Source: a phage. Taken from it: a stretch of 64,000 bases of DNA. Shown here in pieces: positions 28,079-37,198 of this stretch. The stretch lies in sequence record PX092659.1; one strand, 5' to 3'. Within the stretch, counting starts at the first letter, position 1, and each line of letters starts with the position of its first letter. The notes beneath the pieces are model-generated. The model was not told the DNA's origin, ran no database searches, and saw nothing but the letters and a program-made list of their open reading frames with translations. Made by a program: the position numbers and the translations under genes.

Positions 28079-29224
28079 ATGACAACTTTACTTAACTTAA
28101 ACTGGGATCATACCAATAAAGATCTATTTCTCGGTGATTCTCTTGGTATTGCAGATTATGTACGAGTAGCCCATCCAGAGCTGGAAAGGCTGGCGTTATT
28201 AGCTCGCTCTCAATTTTGGACTGAAACTGAAATCAGTCTGGAAGCAGATAAGAAACAATGGCCTAATCTCCCACGAGAAATTCAGGAAATTACACTCCTG
28301 AACTTAGCATGGCAGACTCAAACTGATTCCTTTATCAGTCGTGCCCCTGAAGCAGCTATTATGCCACTTGTAAGTCGTCCAGAATTGGAAGGTATGCTCA
28401 AACAGTGGAGCTATTTTGAAGACTTGCATAGTCGTGCTTATAGCAATATTATTCGTAATGTGCTGACTGATCCAGCAGAATTTATTGATTCTGTAACCAA
28501 AAACCAAGAAGCATTCGCGCGCATCGCTGATTCTGTTGAACTATTCGATGAACTGTACCAGTTAGGTCAGTATTTCATCGCAGTACGCGATCATCGTGGC
28601 GACAATACATACCCAGAAACGGAGTTTCCTGAAGTTAAACGTGAAACTCAGGCTAAACTATTAGATGCTTACTTTGCTATCTATGGTCTGGAAGCAATGC
28701 AGTTTTACGCATCCTTTGCATGTACCTTTGCATTAGCAGAGAACGATATTCTGCAAGGTATTGCTAAAAATCTGCAATTAATCGCTAAAGATGAAGCTCT
28801 GCACACTCAGATGTCCAAAGCAATCATCCAGATTATGTTCCAGCAGTTTGACAAAGACCTAGTAGATGAAGCAGTGGCTAAAGCACCAGCACAGCTCCTG
28901 AAAACCCTGAAAACTGAAATTGAATGGGGTCATTTCATTTTCAAAGGTCGTAGTCTGATTGGCTTGAATGCAGAACTTCTAGAAGAATATCTGTACTTTG
29001 TGGGGCGTAATGCATTTATGCACATCGGTGTAGAATGGCCTAGTCATTTACCAGTAATCACCAAAAACCCTATTCCGTGGATTATGAACTGGTTGGATAC
29101 TACTTCTCTACAGCCTGCTCCACAAGAAATTCAGATTGGTGCAGCCTACCGTGTAGGTCAGGTAACTGAGACCTCTACTGATACTCTGAAAGATCTGGGT
29201 AATGAATTTGGAGATTTCTTATGA
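28079..29224 (+). CDS. nrdB: ribonucleoside-diphosphate reductase beta subunit
   Basis: 381 aa; ferritin-like diiron/radical regions (FYASFACTFALAEN, KDEALHTQ). Confidence 0.8.
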   Translation: MTTLLNLNWDHTNKDLFLGDSLGIADYVRVAHPELERLALLARSQFWTETEISLEADKKQWPNLPREIQEITLLNLAWQTQTDSFISRAPEAAIMPLVSRPELEGMLKQWSYFEDLHSRAYSNIIRNVLTDPAEFIDSVTKNQEAFARIADSVELFDELYQLGQYFIAVRDHRGDNTYPETEFPEVKRETQAKLLDAYFAIYGLEAMQFYASFACTFALAENDILQGIAKNLQLIAKDEALHTQMSKAIIQIMFQQFDKDLVDEAVAKAPAQLLKTLKTEIEWGHFIFKGRSLIGLNAELLEEYLYFVGRNAFMHIGVEWPSHLPVITKNPIPWIMNWLDTTSLQPAPQEIQIGAAYRVGQVTETSTDTLKDLGNEFGDFL

Positions 29225-29754
29225 TTACAGCAATGTATGCAGTTGGGCCGAATGGGGAGTTCGGCCTCCGAGGTAAACTTCCCTGGGGTTCCTTCAAAGA
29301 AGAACTAGATGCTTTCTATTCTCAACTGGACGTGTTGAATCCAGATAACATCATCATTGGTGCGGGTACTTATTTAGCTCTTCCATACGCCGTTAGAGAA
29401 CGTATGATTGGAGCTTCTGACCTATTTATTCGTGCTGATCGTCCACTGCCAGACGATATTACACATGATATTTACACTCCAATTTCTAAGATTGGGGATG
29501 CTTTACCTACATTTCTGAAAGATCAGCAGACAGTAGTTCTAGGTGGGGCTAACCTTCTTCTAGAAATGTATATTCATGGACATATTGAAAGTGCTTTTGT
29601 ATCTACAATCTTTAGTGATCAAAAACTAGAGGCAGATACACACCTAGATAGTATGATACTGGATTATAACTATGAATCCACTCGATTAGTCTATGCAGTT
29701 GGCGCAAACAGTGATAACAGCCTGCGATTTGTACAGGAATTGGTTACTTATTAA
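29221..29754 (+). CDS. frd: dihydrofolate reductase
   Basis: 177 aa; N-terminal DHFR signature MYAVGPNGEFGLRGKLPW; overlaps nrdB stop and abuts thyA. Confidence 0.7.
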   Translation: MITAMYAVGPNGEFGLRGKLPWGSFKEELDAFYSQLDVLNPDNIIIGAGTYLALPYAVRERMIGASDLFIRADRPLPDDITHDIYTPISKIGDALPTFLKDQQTVVLGGANLLLEMYIHGHIESAFVSTIFSDQKLEADTHLDSMILDYNYESTRLVYAVGANSDNSLRFVQELVTY

Positions 29755-30593
29755 TGCAACAATACTTAAAAATTTTGACAGATGTAATTTTACTAGGTGA
29801 ACCCCGTAATGACCGTACAGGAACAGGCACAGTTTCAATTTTTGATTCTTACGCTAAATTCGATCTACGTGACGGGTTTCCTGCTGTCACTACCAAACGT
29901 CTAGCTTGGAAATCAGTAGTAGGAGAACTTTTATGGTTCTTGTCTGGTTCTACAAATCTTCATGATCTACGTGTATTCACATTTGGTCGTGACGAAGGAC
30001 AGTGGACCATCTGGACTCCAAATTATGAAGACCAAGCTATAAGTATGGGTTATGATAAGGGTAATCTAGGACCAGTATATGGTAAACAGTGGCGTAACTT
30101 TGGTGGGCGAGATCAGATTCTAGAACTCATTGAGGGACTCAAAAATAACCCGCATGGCCGTAGACACCTAGTATCTGCATGGAACGTAGCTGAACTGGAC
30201 AAGATGGCATTACCACCATGTCACTATGGTTTCCAATGTTACATAAGTAATGATGGATACTTAGATCTTAAATGGACACAACGCTCTGTGGATTGTTTCC
30301 TCGGTTTACCTTTCAATATTGCTAGTTATGCTTTATTAACGCATATATTAGCAAAACTGACAGGATTAAAACCTCGTTATCTTATCTTTAGTGGCGGTGA
30401 TACTCATATCTATAATGACCACATGGAACAGGTAGAAGAACAGGTAAAACGTAAACCTCGTCCTTTACCGACTCTAGTAATGCCAGAATTTGTAGATCTT
30501 TACGACTTACTAGAAAATAATACGGCAGCTTGGTCATTCCATTTAGAGGGGTACGATCCTCATCCAGCTCTTAAAGCTAAAATGTCCTCTTAA
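29754..30593 (+). CDS. thyA: thymidylate synthase
   Basis: 279 aa; active-site LPPCHYGFQ; folate-binding region KRLAWKSVVGELLWFLSGST. Confidence 0.9.
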   Translation: MQQYLKILTDVILLGEPRNDRTGTGTVSIFDSYAKFDLRDGFPAVTTKRLAWKSVVGELLWFLSGSTNLHDLRVFTFGRDEGQWTIWTPNYEDQAISMGYDKGNLGPVYGKQWRNFGGRDQILELIEGLKNNPHGRRHLVSAWNVAELDKMALPPCHYGFQCYISNDGYLDLKWTQRSVDCFLGLPFNIASYALLTHILAKLTGLKPRYLIFSGGDTHIYNDHMEQVEEQVKRKPRPLPTLVMPEFVDLYDLLENNTAAWSFHLEGYDPHPALKAKMSS

Positions 30594-30598
30594 ATTAA

Positions 30599-30622
30599 AT
30601 AGCCCTTCGGGGCTATTATATT
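30599..30622 (+). terminator. rho-independent terminator
   Basis: AGCCC ttcg GGGCT followed by an A/T-rich run (attatattt), after thyA. Confidence 0.5.
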
Positions 30623-30632
30623 TAAATTTCAT

Positions 30633-30661
30633 TTGCTTATTTAGTGAAATTTAAATATAAT
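30633..30661 (+). promoter_or_regulatory. sigma70-type early promoter: TTGCTT-N17-TATAAT
   Basis: Cassette match. Confidence 0.6.
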
Positions 30662-30686
30662 ATATTTTATAAATTGGAGGTATACA

Positions 30687-30968
30687 ATGATTTCAGCCAA
30701 AGAAGCCCAAGAACTTGCAGGATTAACAGAAGTACCCGCATTTCTAAAGTTTATAGAAGAAAAGATTGTAGAAGCTGCTAAGTCTGGAAATACAGAAGTA
30801 ATTATTCGAGATAATCCTTACGCTAGGTGGCTATATAATCCTAGAGAAATGCCAGGAGCCGCTAAATCGGTACTAAAAACCTTATCGGATAAGGGGTATC
30901 ATCACTCACAATACTACCGAGAAGCCGCCTTTGTAGACATGGGTCTTAAAATTAGTTGGGGGGTATAA
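30687..30968 (+). CDS. hypothetical protein
   Basis: 93-aa track ORF; GGAGG RBS upstream. Confidence 0.5.
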   Translation: MISAKEAQELAGLTEVPAFLKFIEEKIVEAAKSGNTEVIIRDNPYARWLYNPREMPGAAKSVLKTLSDKGYHHSQYYREAAFVDMGLKISWGV

Positions 30969-31444
30969 TGTCGGTTTTCCACATTTACACAGATGGTGCT
31001 TGTAAGTCTAATCCGGGTCCAGGTGCTTGGGGTTTTATTGTCTATGATGATAACGACGATCGTTTAGGTTCTAAATCTGGTTATAATCCTAAAACTACAA
31101 ATAATGAGATGGAACTCACAGCTATTGTAGAAGCTCTACGTTGGTCTGTTAAAAAAGATAATAGACCAATTGCTATCTATACTGACTCTGCTTATTGCAA
31201 AAATGGTATGGAAAGTTGGATGTTTTCTTGGCAAAGGAAAGGCTGGAAGAAAGCAGATGGTGAAGTTCCTCTTAATCTAGAACTTTGGCAGGAAGCATTT
31301 AAATTAACACAGCAGTATATCAACTTTCATAATACTAACCCTACTTTTATTAAGGTTAAAGGACATTCTGGTATTAGTGGTAATGAAGCTGTAGACGCCT
31401 TATGTAACACAGTTATTACTGAAGCTGAAATGGCTGAGATGTAA
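30968..31444 (+). CDS. rnhA: ribonuclease H
   Basis: ATG 30968 overlaps upstream stop (TAATG); RNase HI catalytic regions IYTDGACK, NNEMELTAI, IYTDSAY, GHSGISGNEAVD. Confidence 0.8.
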   Translation: MSVFHIYTDGACKSNPGPGAWGFIVYDDNDDRLGSKSGYNPKTTNNEMELTAIVEALRWSVKKDNRPIAIYTDSAYCKNGMESWMFSWQRKGWKKADGEVPLNLELWQEAFKLTQQYINFHNTNPTFIKVKGHSGISGNEAVDALCNTVITEAEMAEM

Positions 31445-31464
31445 TAAATAAATTAAAAATTCTC

Positions 31465-31493
31465 TTGCTTAAAGCCCTCTAATTTAGTATAAT
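31465..31493 (+). promoter_or_regulatory. sigma70-type early promoter: TTGCTT-N17-TATAAT
   Basis: Cassette match. Confidence 0.6.
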
Positions 31494-31520
31494 ATTCGTA
31501 TTGAAAGTGAGGAGGGCTTT

Positions 31521-31799
31521 ATGCGGATTTATAACTTAAATTCATTAGGATTTAAACCATTGAGAAAACGTGCACAATCACCTCGTCAAATAAGAAAGGC
31601 TAATATTGGTGAGCCAGAAACACGTCTTCCACCTCCTCCAGAACAACGTTTAGTTTATCTGGATGAAGAATTAGCCGAACGCGAAAGAAAAGCTCAAGAA
31701 GAGATTGAGCGTAAGAAAATGTGTACTGCTCCAGCATATAATAAAGGAGCGTATCAATATGTTTCCGATGCAGAACAAGCCAAGATGGTTGGTAGATAA
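31521..31799 (+). CDS. hypothetical protein
   Basis: 92-aa track ORF after GAGGAGGG RBS. Confidence 0.5.
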   Translation: MRIYNLNSLGFKPLRKRAQSPRQIRKANIGEPETRLPPPPEQRLVYLDEELAERERKAQEEIERKKMCTAPAYNKGAYQYVSDAEQAKMVGR

Positions 31800-31815
31800 T
31801 TTTTAAAAAATTCAT

Positions 31816-31844
31816 TTGCTAAACGCTTCAAATTCTTGTATAAT
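31816..31844 (+). promoter_or_regulatory. sigma70-type early promoter: TTGCTA-N17-TATAAT
   Basis: Consensus-like cassette copy (aaaaattcaTTTGCTAaacgcttcaaattcttgTATAATatacttcataaattga). Confidence 0.7.
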
Positions 31845-31882
31845 ATACTTCATAAATTGATAAACAAAAAGGAAAACAAATA

Positions 31883-32398
31883 ATGGCTAAGCAGAAAAAC
31901 GCAAAAACTCAAGCAGCTACTACAGTTAAAACTTTCCCGCAGACTGAGGCTAACCGCAAAGCTCGTCTGGAACGCCACCTGCGCAAGCACCCTACTGATG
32001 CTCAAGCTGCACAGGCACTGAATCGTCCGGCTCCGATTCGTCAAAAGCCGAAGGCTAAGAACGCTACTCGTTCTGTAGCCCGCCTTGTGACCTATGTACA
32101 AGGTTATGGTCACAAATCTGTCCCAGTAACACTGAGTTTCAATGCTGGAGCAGAATTGTTCCCTCGTAATGGCATGGCCATGAAAGATTACGAGAAAGCA
32201 GTTAACCAGAAACGCAAACCAACGGCAGATGTACTGCGTGATGCTCGTGGACAGTTTGGTTCTGTTAAGCCAAATATCTTCGGTGTAGAGTATAGCAAAG
32301 ATAACGTTCGTGCTCTGTGTTACGGTGTAGGCATTAAGTTCACGGGTGATTCTGCTCGTAAATCTGCTAAACCAGCTCGTAAACGTAAAGCGAAGTAA
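31883..32398 (+). CDS. hypothetical basic (Lys/Arg/Ala-rich) protein
   Basis: 171 aa; promoter and AAAGGAAAACAAATAATG RBS upstream; antisense track ORF 31850-32425 rejected. Confidence 0.55.
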   Translation: MAKQKNAKTQAATTVKTFPQTEANRKARLERHLRKHPTDAQAAQALNRPAPIRQKPKAKNATRSVARLVTYVQGYGHKSVPVTLSFNAGAELFPRNGMAMKDYEKAVNQKRKPTADVLRDARGQFGSVKPNIFGVEYSKDNVRALCYGVGIKFTGDSARKSAKPARKRKAK

Positions 32399-32405
32399 TA
32401 GATAA

Positions 32406-32430
32406 GAGGGGCTTTCGCCCCTCATATTTT
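32406..32430 (+). terminator. rho-independent terminator
   Basis: GAGGGGC tttc GCCCCTC followed by ATATTTT. Confidence 0.65.
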
Positions 32431-32439
32431 GGAGAAACT

Positions 32440-32676
32440 ATGCGTAATTTTGTAGCAAAGAATGATTTTAACCGTGCTAGCACCCATAAGTCAGCTAGGG
32501 ATTATACACGACTTTCTAGTCATGAGGTAATGGATGCCTGTTATGAAGAGCTGGAAGGTAGCTGGAATGAATGGCCCGACTTCTCTATGGAAGAAAACTG
32601 GGATGTCAGTGAGGATATGCTTCCTGGTTTTAAAGACCCCAAGAAGTGGGAGTCTATTAAAGAGACAGCTCTTTAA
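32440..32676 (+). CDS. hypothetical protein
   Basis: 78-aa track ORF after GGAGAAACT RBS. Confidence 0.5.
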   Translation: MRNFVAKNDFNRASTHKSARDYTRLSSHEVMDACYEELEGSWNEWPDFSMEENWDVSEDMLPGFKDPKKWESIKETAL

Positions 32677-32704
32677 TAGTTTTCTACACAATAAAGGATA
32701 AGTT

Positions 32705-33406
32705 ATGAAAGTAAAACCATTTGGTATGCTAGATATTGAATCTCTAGGAACTCCAGGAGATTGTGGTACTACTCATATCGCAATGCCTTCTTTCGCTTTT
32801 GTGGCTATGCATGGGATTGACAAAGACCCTGACTTAGTATTTGTTACTTTGGATGTGCAGGATCAGCTTAATTCTGGTGCCAAAGTTACAGCATCTACTC
32901 TAGCATTCTGGATGGATCAAGCTAAAAATAGCCCGTCTGCTATTCACATTATGGAAGCTATGAAGGAACGTAATCCAAAACTGATTGCCTTCCAGAATGG
33001 TAAACATCATTGCACTAATAAATTAGGCTCAAACTATGCTGCCTTCTCTATGGCACAAAATATTATGGAGTTGGCTCTAGGCGAAAATGCTTTGTATTAT
33101 GGCAATGGCCCAGAGTTTGATATGACTATCTACTCTGCAAACACGTTCCATGCTGGAACCAATGAAGAGGTAGTTCCGTGGAAATTCTGGAATTTGGGTA
33201 ATGTTCGATCTCTTCGTAATCTCTGGATGCAAGCTGGATACAGTTATAAGGCTCTAGAGACCGAAGCTATTAGCTGGGCAATAGCTAAAATGGAGAAGAT
33301 GGACACCATTCGTTATGGGATCTATCCGGTTAAGCACGACCCAGCATTCGATGCCCTAGTTGAGAGCTATTGTGTTGCAGCTATGATCGAAAAAATGAAA
33401 ATTTGA
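32705..33406 (+). CDS. DnaQ-like 3'-5' exonuclease (DEDDh), DexA-like
   Basis: 233 aa; exo motif I LDIESLG; C-terminal H-x4-D motif (KHDPAFDAL). Confidence 0.5.
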   Translation: MKVKPFGMLDIESLGTPGDCGTTHIAMPSFAFVAMHGIDKDPDLVFVTLDVQDQLNSGAKVTASTLAFWMDQAKNSPSAIHIMEAMKERNPKLIAFQNGKHHCTNKLGSNYAAFSMAQNIMELALGENALYYGNGPEFDMTIYSANTFHAGTNEEVVPWKFWNLGNVRSLRNLWMQAGYSYKALETEAISWAIAKMEKMDTIRYGIYPVKHDPAFDALVESYCVAAMIEKMKI

Positions 33407-33407
33407 T

Positions 33408-33436
33408 TTGCTTCCGGCTCCAAAATTCTGTATAAT
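33408..33436 (+). promoter_or_regulatory. sigma70-type early promoter: TTGCTT-N17-TATAAT
   Basis: Cassette match. Confidence 0.6.
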
Positions 33437-33476
33437 ATATTCATAAATTTGAGAAAACAATAAAAGGAAAACAAAT

Positions 33477-33659
33477 ATGCCAGTATCTAAAAATGTTCGT
33501 AAAAACGGTAAGAAAGCTACTCGTAATCTGGGTATCCGTCGTATGGCTGAACGTCAATCAGGTATCCAGAAAATCTTTGATCTGCTAAATCGTGCTAATC
33601 CTAAAATTGGTAACAGTAATGATACTGTTCTGCGCACTCTGCTGGCAATTGGTCTGTAA
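33477..33659 (+). CDS. hypothetical small basic protein
   Basis: 60-aa track ORF after AAAAGGAAAACAAAT RBS. Confidence 0.45.
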   Translation: MPVSKNVRKNGKKATRNLGIRRMAERQSGIQKIFDLLNRANPKIGNSNDTVLRTLLAIGL

Positions 33660-33712
33660 TAGACCAAATTTAAACAAATTCAAATCTCAAACTTCATATA
33701 AGGAAGCAAATA

Positions 33713-34351
33713 ATGACTACTCGTATCTCTAAAACTCGCGCTCTGGCAACTATCAAATCTCTGGAAGCTAAAATCCGTAAAGCTACTGAACAACAGCTTC
33801 TGATCGCTGTTGGTGAAGGTAAGGATAAAAATAAGGTTGTAGTTGGCGCTGCAATCGAAGTAGACGATCTGTCTGCTCGTATTAAGGCAGATTTCCAATC
33901 TCTCCTGGATATGATGTCCCAGCGTGATCGTATCAAAGCTGCTCTTATTAAGAGCAATGCGGAAACAGTGGTTGAGATTGGTTCTCGTAAGATGACTGTT
34001 GCGGAAGCAATTGAAGCTAAGCGTTCTATGGAGCTTAAAGCCCAACTGCTGGCTAACATGCGTAAGCAGTTCCATGCCGCTACGGTTAAGTTTAATACGC
34101 AGAAAGCACAGTTTGATGCTAAATATGAGCGTTTGCAGGATAGCATGGCTACCCGCGATAAGAAAACTTCCGAAGATGAAGTTAAAATGCAGCTCAACCT
34201 GCTGGAACTCAAGAATACTCCATTCTTGATTGATCCGCTGGAACTGGAAAAGCTGATTAAGCAGCACGACGAGGAATATCAGGACTTTGCAACAAATGTT
34301 GACTTTGTTCTGTCCGAGTCTAACGCCTCTACCTTCATTGAAGTAGAGTAA
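33713..34351 (+). CDS. hypothetical protein (coiled-coil-rich)
   Basis: 212 aa; AAGGAAGCAAATAATG RBS; co-oriented; two antisense track ORFs rejected. Confidence 0.5.
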   Translation: MTTRISKTRALATIKSLEAKIRKATEQQLLIAVGEGKDKNKVVVGAAIEVDDLSARIKADFQSLLDMMSQRDRIKAALIKSNAETVVEIGSRKMTVAEAIEAKRSMELKAQLLANMRKQFHAATVKFNTQKAQFDAKYERLQDSMATRDKKTSEDEVKMQLNLLELKNTPFLIDPLELEKLIKQHDEEYQDFATNVDFVLSESNASTFIEVE

Positions 34352-34734
34352 TAATTTAAAAGCTAGTAAATCGGTAGACGAAAGCCCAAGCATCTTACCT
34401 CGCAGCAGCGGTTGAAATACGAGGTTAAATAAGACCGCTGACCATACTATAAAGTATAATCTATTGGAGATTATGTTTATTACACCAGCCTCTTAAGCTG
34501 ACACGTAAGAACAAAGCGTCGTTGATATTACCGACACAACTTCAAAGATCAACATTTAAGTATGAAAGCTGAAAAGTTTAAAGAACTCAAACTTCTAAAC
34601 TTCTAAAGCTAAAAGATGCAAAGTATTCGTTGATGATTCAAACCCTAGATCAAAGGTACATGGCTCGTAAGATATGGCCTGTGGCGCCTCTAGGCTGTTT
34701 ATCGGTTTACTAGTTTCACAATTTAAAAATGTAT

Positions 34735-34763
34735 TTGCTAATTTACTAAGTTATCTGTATAAT
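34735..34763 (+). promoter_or_regulatory. sigma70-type early promoter: TTGCTA-N17-TATAAT
   Basis: Cassette match. Confidence 0.6.
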
Positions 34764-34793
34764 ATATTTTTAAATTGATGAAACGAGGCTATT

Positions 34794-35111
34794 ATGACTT
34801 TTCATATTTTGATTGATGATGTGCGTAATCTTCACGGAATGGACATTATCATTCGAACCCCAGAAGCCGCTGTAGAGTTTCTGAATAAAACTGATACCAC
34901 AGGCCATTTCGTTTATATGGATAATGACTTGGCTGTAGATGGTATGGAAGGTTATCAAATTCTCCGTTTACTCTTAGAATTTGGGCAGAGACCAAAGAAA
35001 GTGGTACTAGTAACCTCGAACCCAGTAGCTAAGCAAAATATGCGCAATGATTTGCTTGACTTAGGGTATAAAGAAAATCCCAATCGTGTTGAATATGATT
35101 GGCAGGAGTAA
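34794..35111 (+). CDS. hypothetical protein
   Basis: 105-aa track ORF. Confidence 0.5.
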   Translation: MTFHILIDDVRNLHGMDIIIRTPEAAVEFLNKTDTTGHFVYMDNDLAVDGMEGYQILRLLLEFGQRPKKVVLVTSNPVAKQNMRNDLLDLGYKENPNRVEYDWQE

Positions 35112-35116
35112 AAAGA

Positions 35117-35566
35117 ATGAAGGCAGCTTTGCTTTTAGTAGCTGCCCTTACCTTCAGCTTTAGTAGTCAGGCATCGCACGATGCAAAAGAAATAGATTGC
35201 ATTGCTAAAAATATCTATTTCGAAAGTCGTGGTGAGGGCATAAAGGGAATGACGGCGATTGCACATGTTACTAAAAACCGTGTAAACTCCGGTAAATTCC
35301 CAGATTCCTACTGTAAAGTAGTATATCAGTCTAACCAGTTCTCTTGGGTATCTAAGAAACCAAAAGTTGATAAAACTGATGAGGCTTGGCAAACCGCTAA
35401 GAATTTAGCTAGAGTGATATACTACGTTGATTTACCACAAGATCCTACATATGGAGCACTATACTTCCATAGTGGTAAAGATAAACCTTACTGGACAAAG
35501 AAGTTTAAGAAAACAACTAAGATTAAGGGACATACGTTTTATAAACCTGTTGTCACTAAAACTTAA
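35117..35566 (+). CDS. secreted cell-wall hydrolase (SleB-like)
   Basis: Start moved to ATG 35117 so that the signal peptide MKAALLLVAALTFSFSSQA is N-terminal; hydrolase-like region NIYFESRGEGIKGMTAIAHVTKNR. Confidence 0.55.
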   Translation: MKAALLLVAALTFSFSSQASHDAKEIDCIAKNIYFESRGEGIKGMTAIAHVTKNRVNSGKFPDSYCKVVYQSNQFSWVSKKPKVDKTDEAWQTAKNLARVIYYVDLPQDPTYGALYFHSGKDKPYWTKKFKKTTKIKGHTFYKPVVTKT

Positions 35567-35576
35567 AAAAATTTAC

Positions 35577-35605
35577 TTGCTTAGCTACTTAAATTTCTGT
35601 ATAAT
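35577..35605 (+). promoter_or_regulatory. sigma70-type early promoter: TTGCTT-N17-TATAAT
   Basis: Cassette match. Confidence 0.6.
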
Positions 35606-35636
35606 ACTTTCATAAATTAATGAGAGGAAGCGAAAT

Positions 35637-35807
35637 ATGAAATCAGTTGTAATTATTGGTGTTAACACTCGCGGTATTCGTACTACGAAAACTGTTAAAA
35701 CTTCTAACATTGCTGAAATCACTACGAACCCTAAAAAGTTTGATTTCGCCAAAGTCTCAGCAGTTATGACAGAACAATCTTTTAACCAAGCATTGGGGAT
35801 GAAATAA
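35637..35807 (+). CDS. hypothetical small protein (56 aa, below track cutoff)
   Basis: ATG after GAGAGGAAGCGAAAT RBS; stop overlaps next start (TAATG). Confidence 0.4.
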   Translation: MKSVVIIGVNTRGIRTTKTVKTSNIAEITTNPKKFDFAKVSAVMTEQSFNQALGMK

Positions 35808-36265
35808 TGGGTGAAAATATTCTAATGACCCTTCGTGGACTGCTTAGTCTAGCACGTACTCACGGTGATAAGGAACGGGCACTTAATCTTCAGACCATGA
35901 TTGGTGATCTGCAACGTATTGATAAAGACATTGTTACTCGAACCGAGTTCGTAGCCTATCTGAAAGCTCAGATTAAGGCTCTAGAAAATGCAAAACAACG
36001 CGCTATTAAAGTTGGTACGGAAGTTCCTACCGATGTAGACTATGAGCAACTGCTTTATTCCATGCTGCAAGAGTATCAGCCAAGTCAACTTACTGAAACT
36101 GAAATTCGTGAGTATTTTGCAGAACTGGTTAAATTAAACCCAGGTATTACCAAAGCTCTATTAATGAAAACCATTAAGGCAGAATTTCCTGGACGTTATG
36201 ACGGTAAAACAACTGCTTTGATTGCTAGTGAATTTTTTAAAAATTCATTTGCTAAATGCTTATAA
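35807..36265 (+). CDS. hypothetical protein
   Basis: 152-aa track ORF. Confidence 0.5.
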   Translation: MGENILMTLRGLLSLARTHGDKERALNLQTMIGDLQRIDKDIVTRTEFVAYLKAQIKALENAKQRAIKVGTEVPTDVDYEQLLYSMLQEYQPSQLTETEIREYFAELVKLNPGITKALLMKTIKAEFPGRYDGKTTALIASEFFKNSFAKCL

Positions 36266-36277
36266 ATTCTGTATAAT
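36249..36277 (+). promoter_or_regulatory. sigma70-type early promoter: TTGCTA-N17-TATAAT, reads into an 810-nt ORF-free region
   Basis: Cassette match; no ORF of 60 aa or more and no convincing RBS-led small ORF until tRNA-Arg at 37090. Confidence 0.6.
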
Positions 36278-37046
36278 ATATTCATAAATTAGGGAACAGC
36301 GAGCCGATTACGCTGAACTTGTCTTAATGTAAGATGCGTCGAGCACTAAGATTCGTTGAATAGAGTCGGTGGGTTAGTTGTAAAACTAGTACACAGGGGG
36401 CGGCAATCCCGGTTAGTGGCTAGAACGTGTAAAATGAGGCGTCTGAAACCTCTCCCCTAAACTCTTCTCTAATTTATAAATAGTGGGGTGTGGAAATCAC
36501 TTATGTAGTAGCACTGCCGTCCTAGTATAATTGGTATTATCAAGCCGTAACTGGTGGAAGATGTAGGTTCGAATCTTACGGTCGGTAAGAACTGGATAAC
36601 TGATGCTTTTAACGTAAAAGCTTCCGAGGTTAGTTGCGCACTGCCTAAACCACGCGGTAGTTGGTTCCAGGCTAACCAACCAGTCTGCTGAATAGTTTTA
36701 TTACGATTTAACTATGTCCAGACTAAAGAAGAACTTTAGAAGGTATTCTAGGATAGTGAAGTTCTTTCTCCATATCGGAGTAGTTTTTCAAGCTATCCAC
36801 AAAGTGGGAAATGCTGACATGAGAGATGTCACTAATGGTGCACAATAGCACAGGTAATTCGCGATAACTCCTGTTGAGTAGCAGCAAAAGGCGGGAAGTC
36901 ATGACCCCAAGCCTAACCGAGTCCTCAATATACCGCAGGACATAACCACTAAGTCACCCTGACTTAAACTGGAAAATAATAGACGTTACTGTATTTTGTC
37001 TTGAAATACTTAATGAGTGAGACTTATGACTCTCCCGGTATCGTCT

Positions 37047-37084
37047 GTATTTTTAAGAGTTTTTACGAGAGTTCTTAAAAATAC
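37047..37084 (+). repeat. perfect 12-bp inverted repeat (GTATTTTTAAGA ... TCTTAAAAATAC) with 14-nt loop
   Basis: Read directly from sequence; sits 5 nt upstream of tRNA-Arg. Confidence 0.7.
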
Positions 37085-37089
37085 TTAAA

Positions 37090-37164
37090 CGGGGTGTAGT
37101 CTAAGGGAGAGGCAGGAGTCTTCTAAATTCCTTTATGCAGGTTCGAATCCTGTCACCTCGGCCA
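37090..37164 (+). tRNA. tRNA-Arg (anticodon TCT)
   Basis: Manual cloverleaf: acceptor CGGGGTG/CACCTCG, anticodon loop CTTCTAA, T-arm GCAGG-TTCGAAT-CCTGT, CCA encoded. Confidence 0.7.
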
Positions 37165-37198
37165 ATTTTATTAACTGTAACTAAAACAAAGGAAATAT

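Noticed and set aside
31850-32425. 191-aa minus-strand track ORF
   Set aside because: Antisense to the promoter- and RBS-supported plus-strand gene 31883-32398; low-complexity translation; no promoter or RBS on the minus strand.
33680-34393. Two long minus-strand track ORFs (237 and 172 aa)
   Set aside because: Antisense to plus-strand gene 33713-34351, which has a cassette promoter and RBS; Ser/Leu/Cys-rich composition typical of antisense frames.
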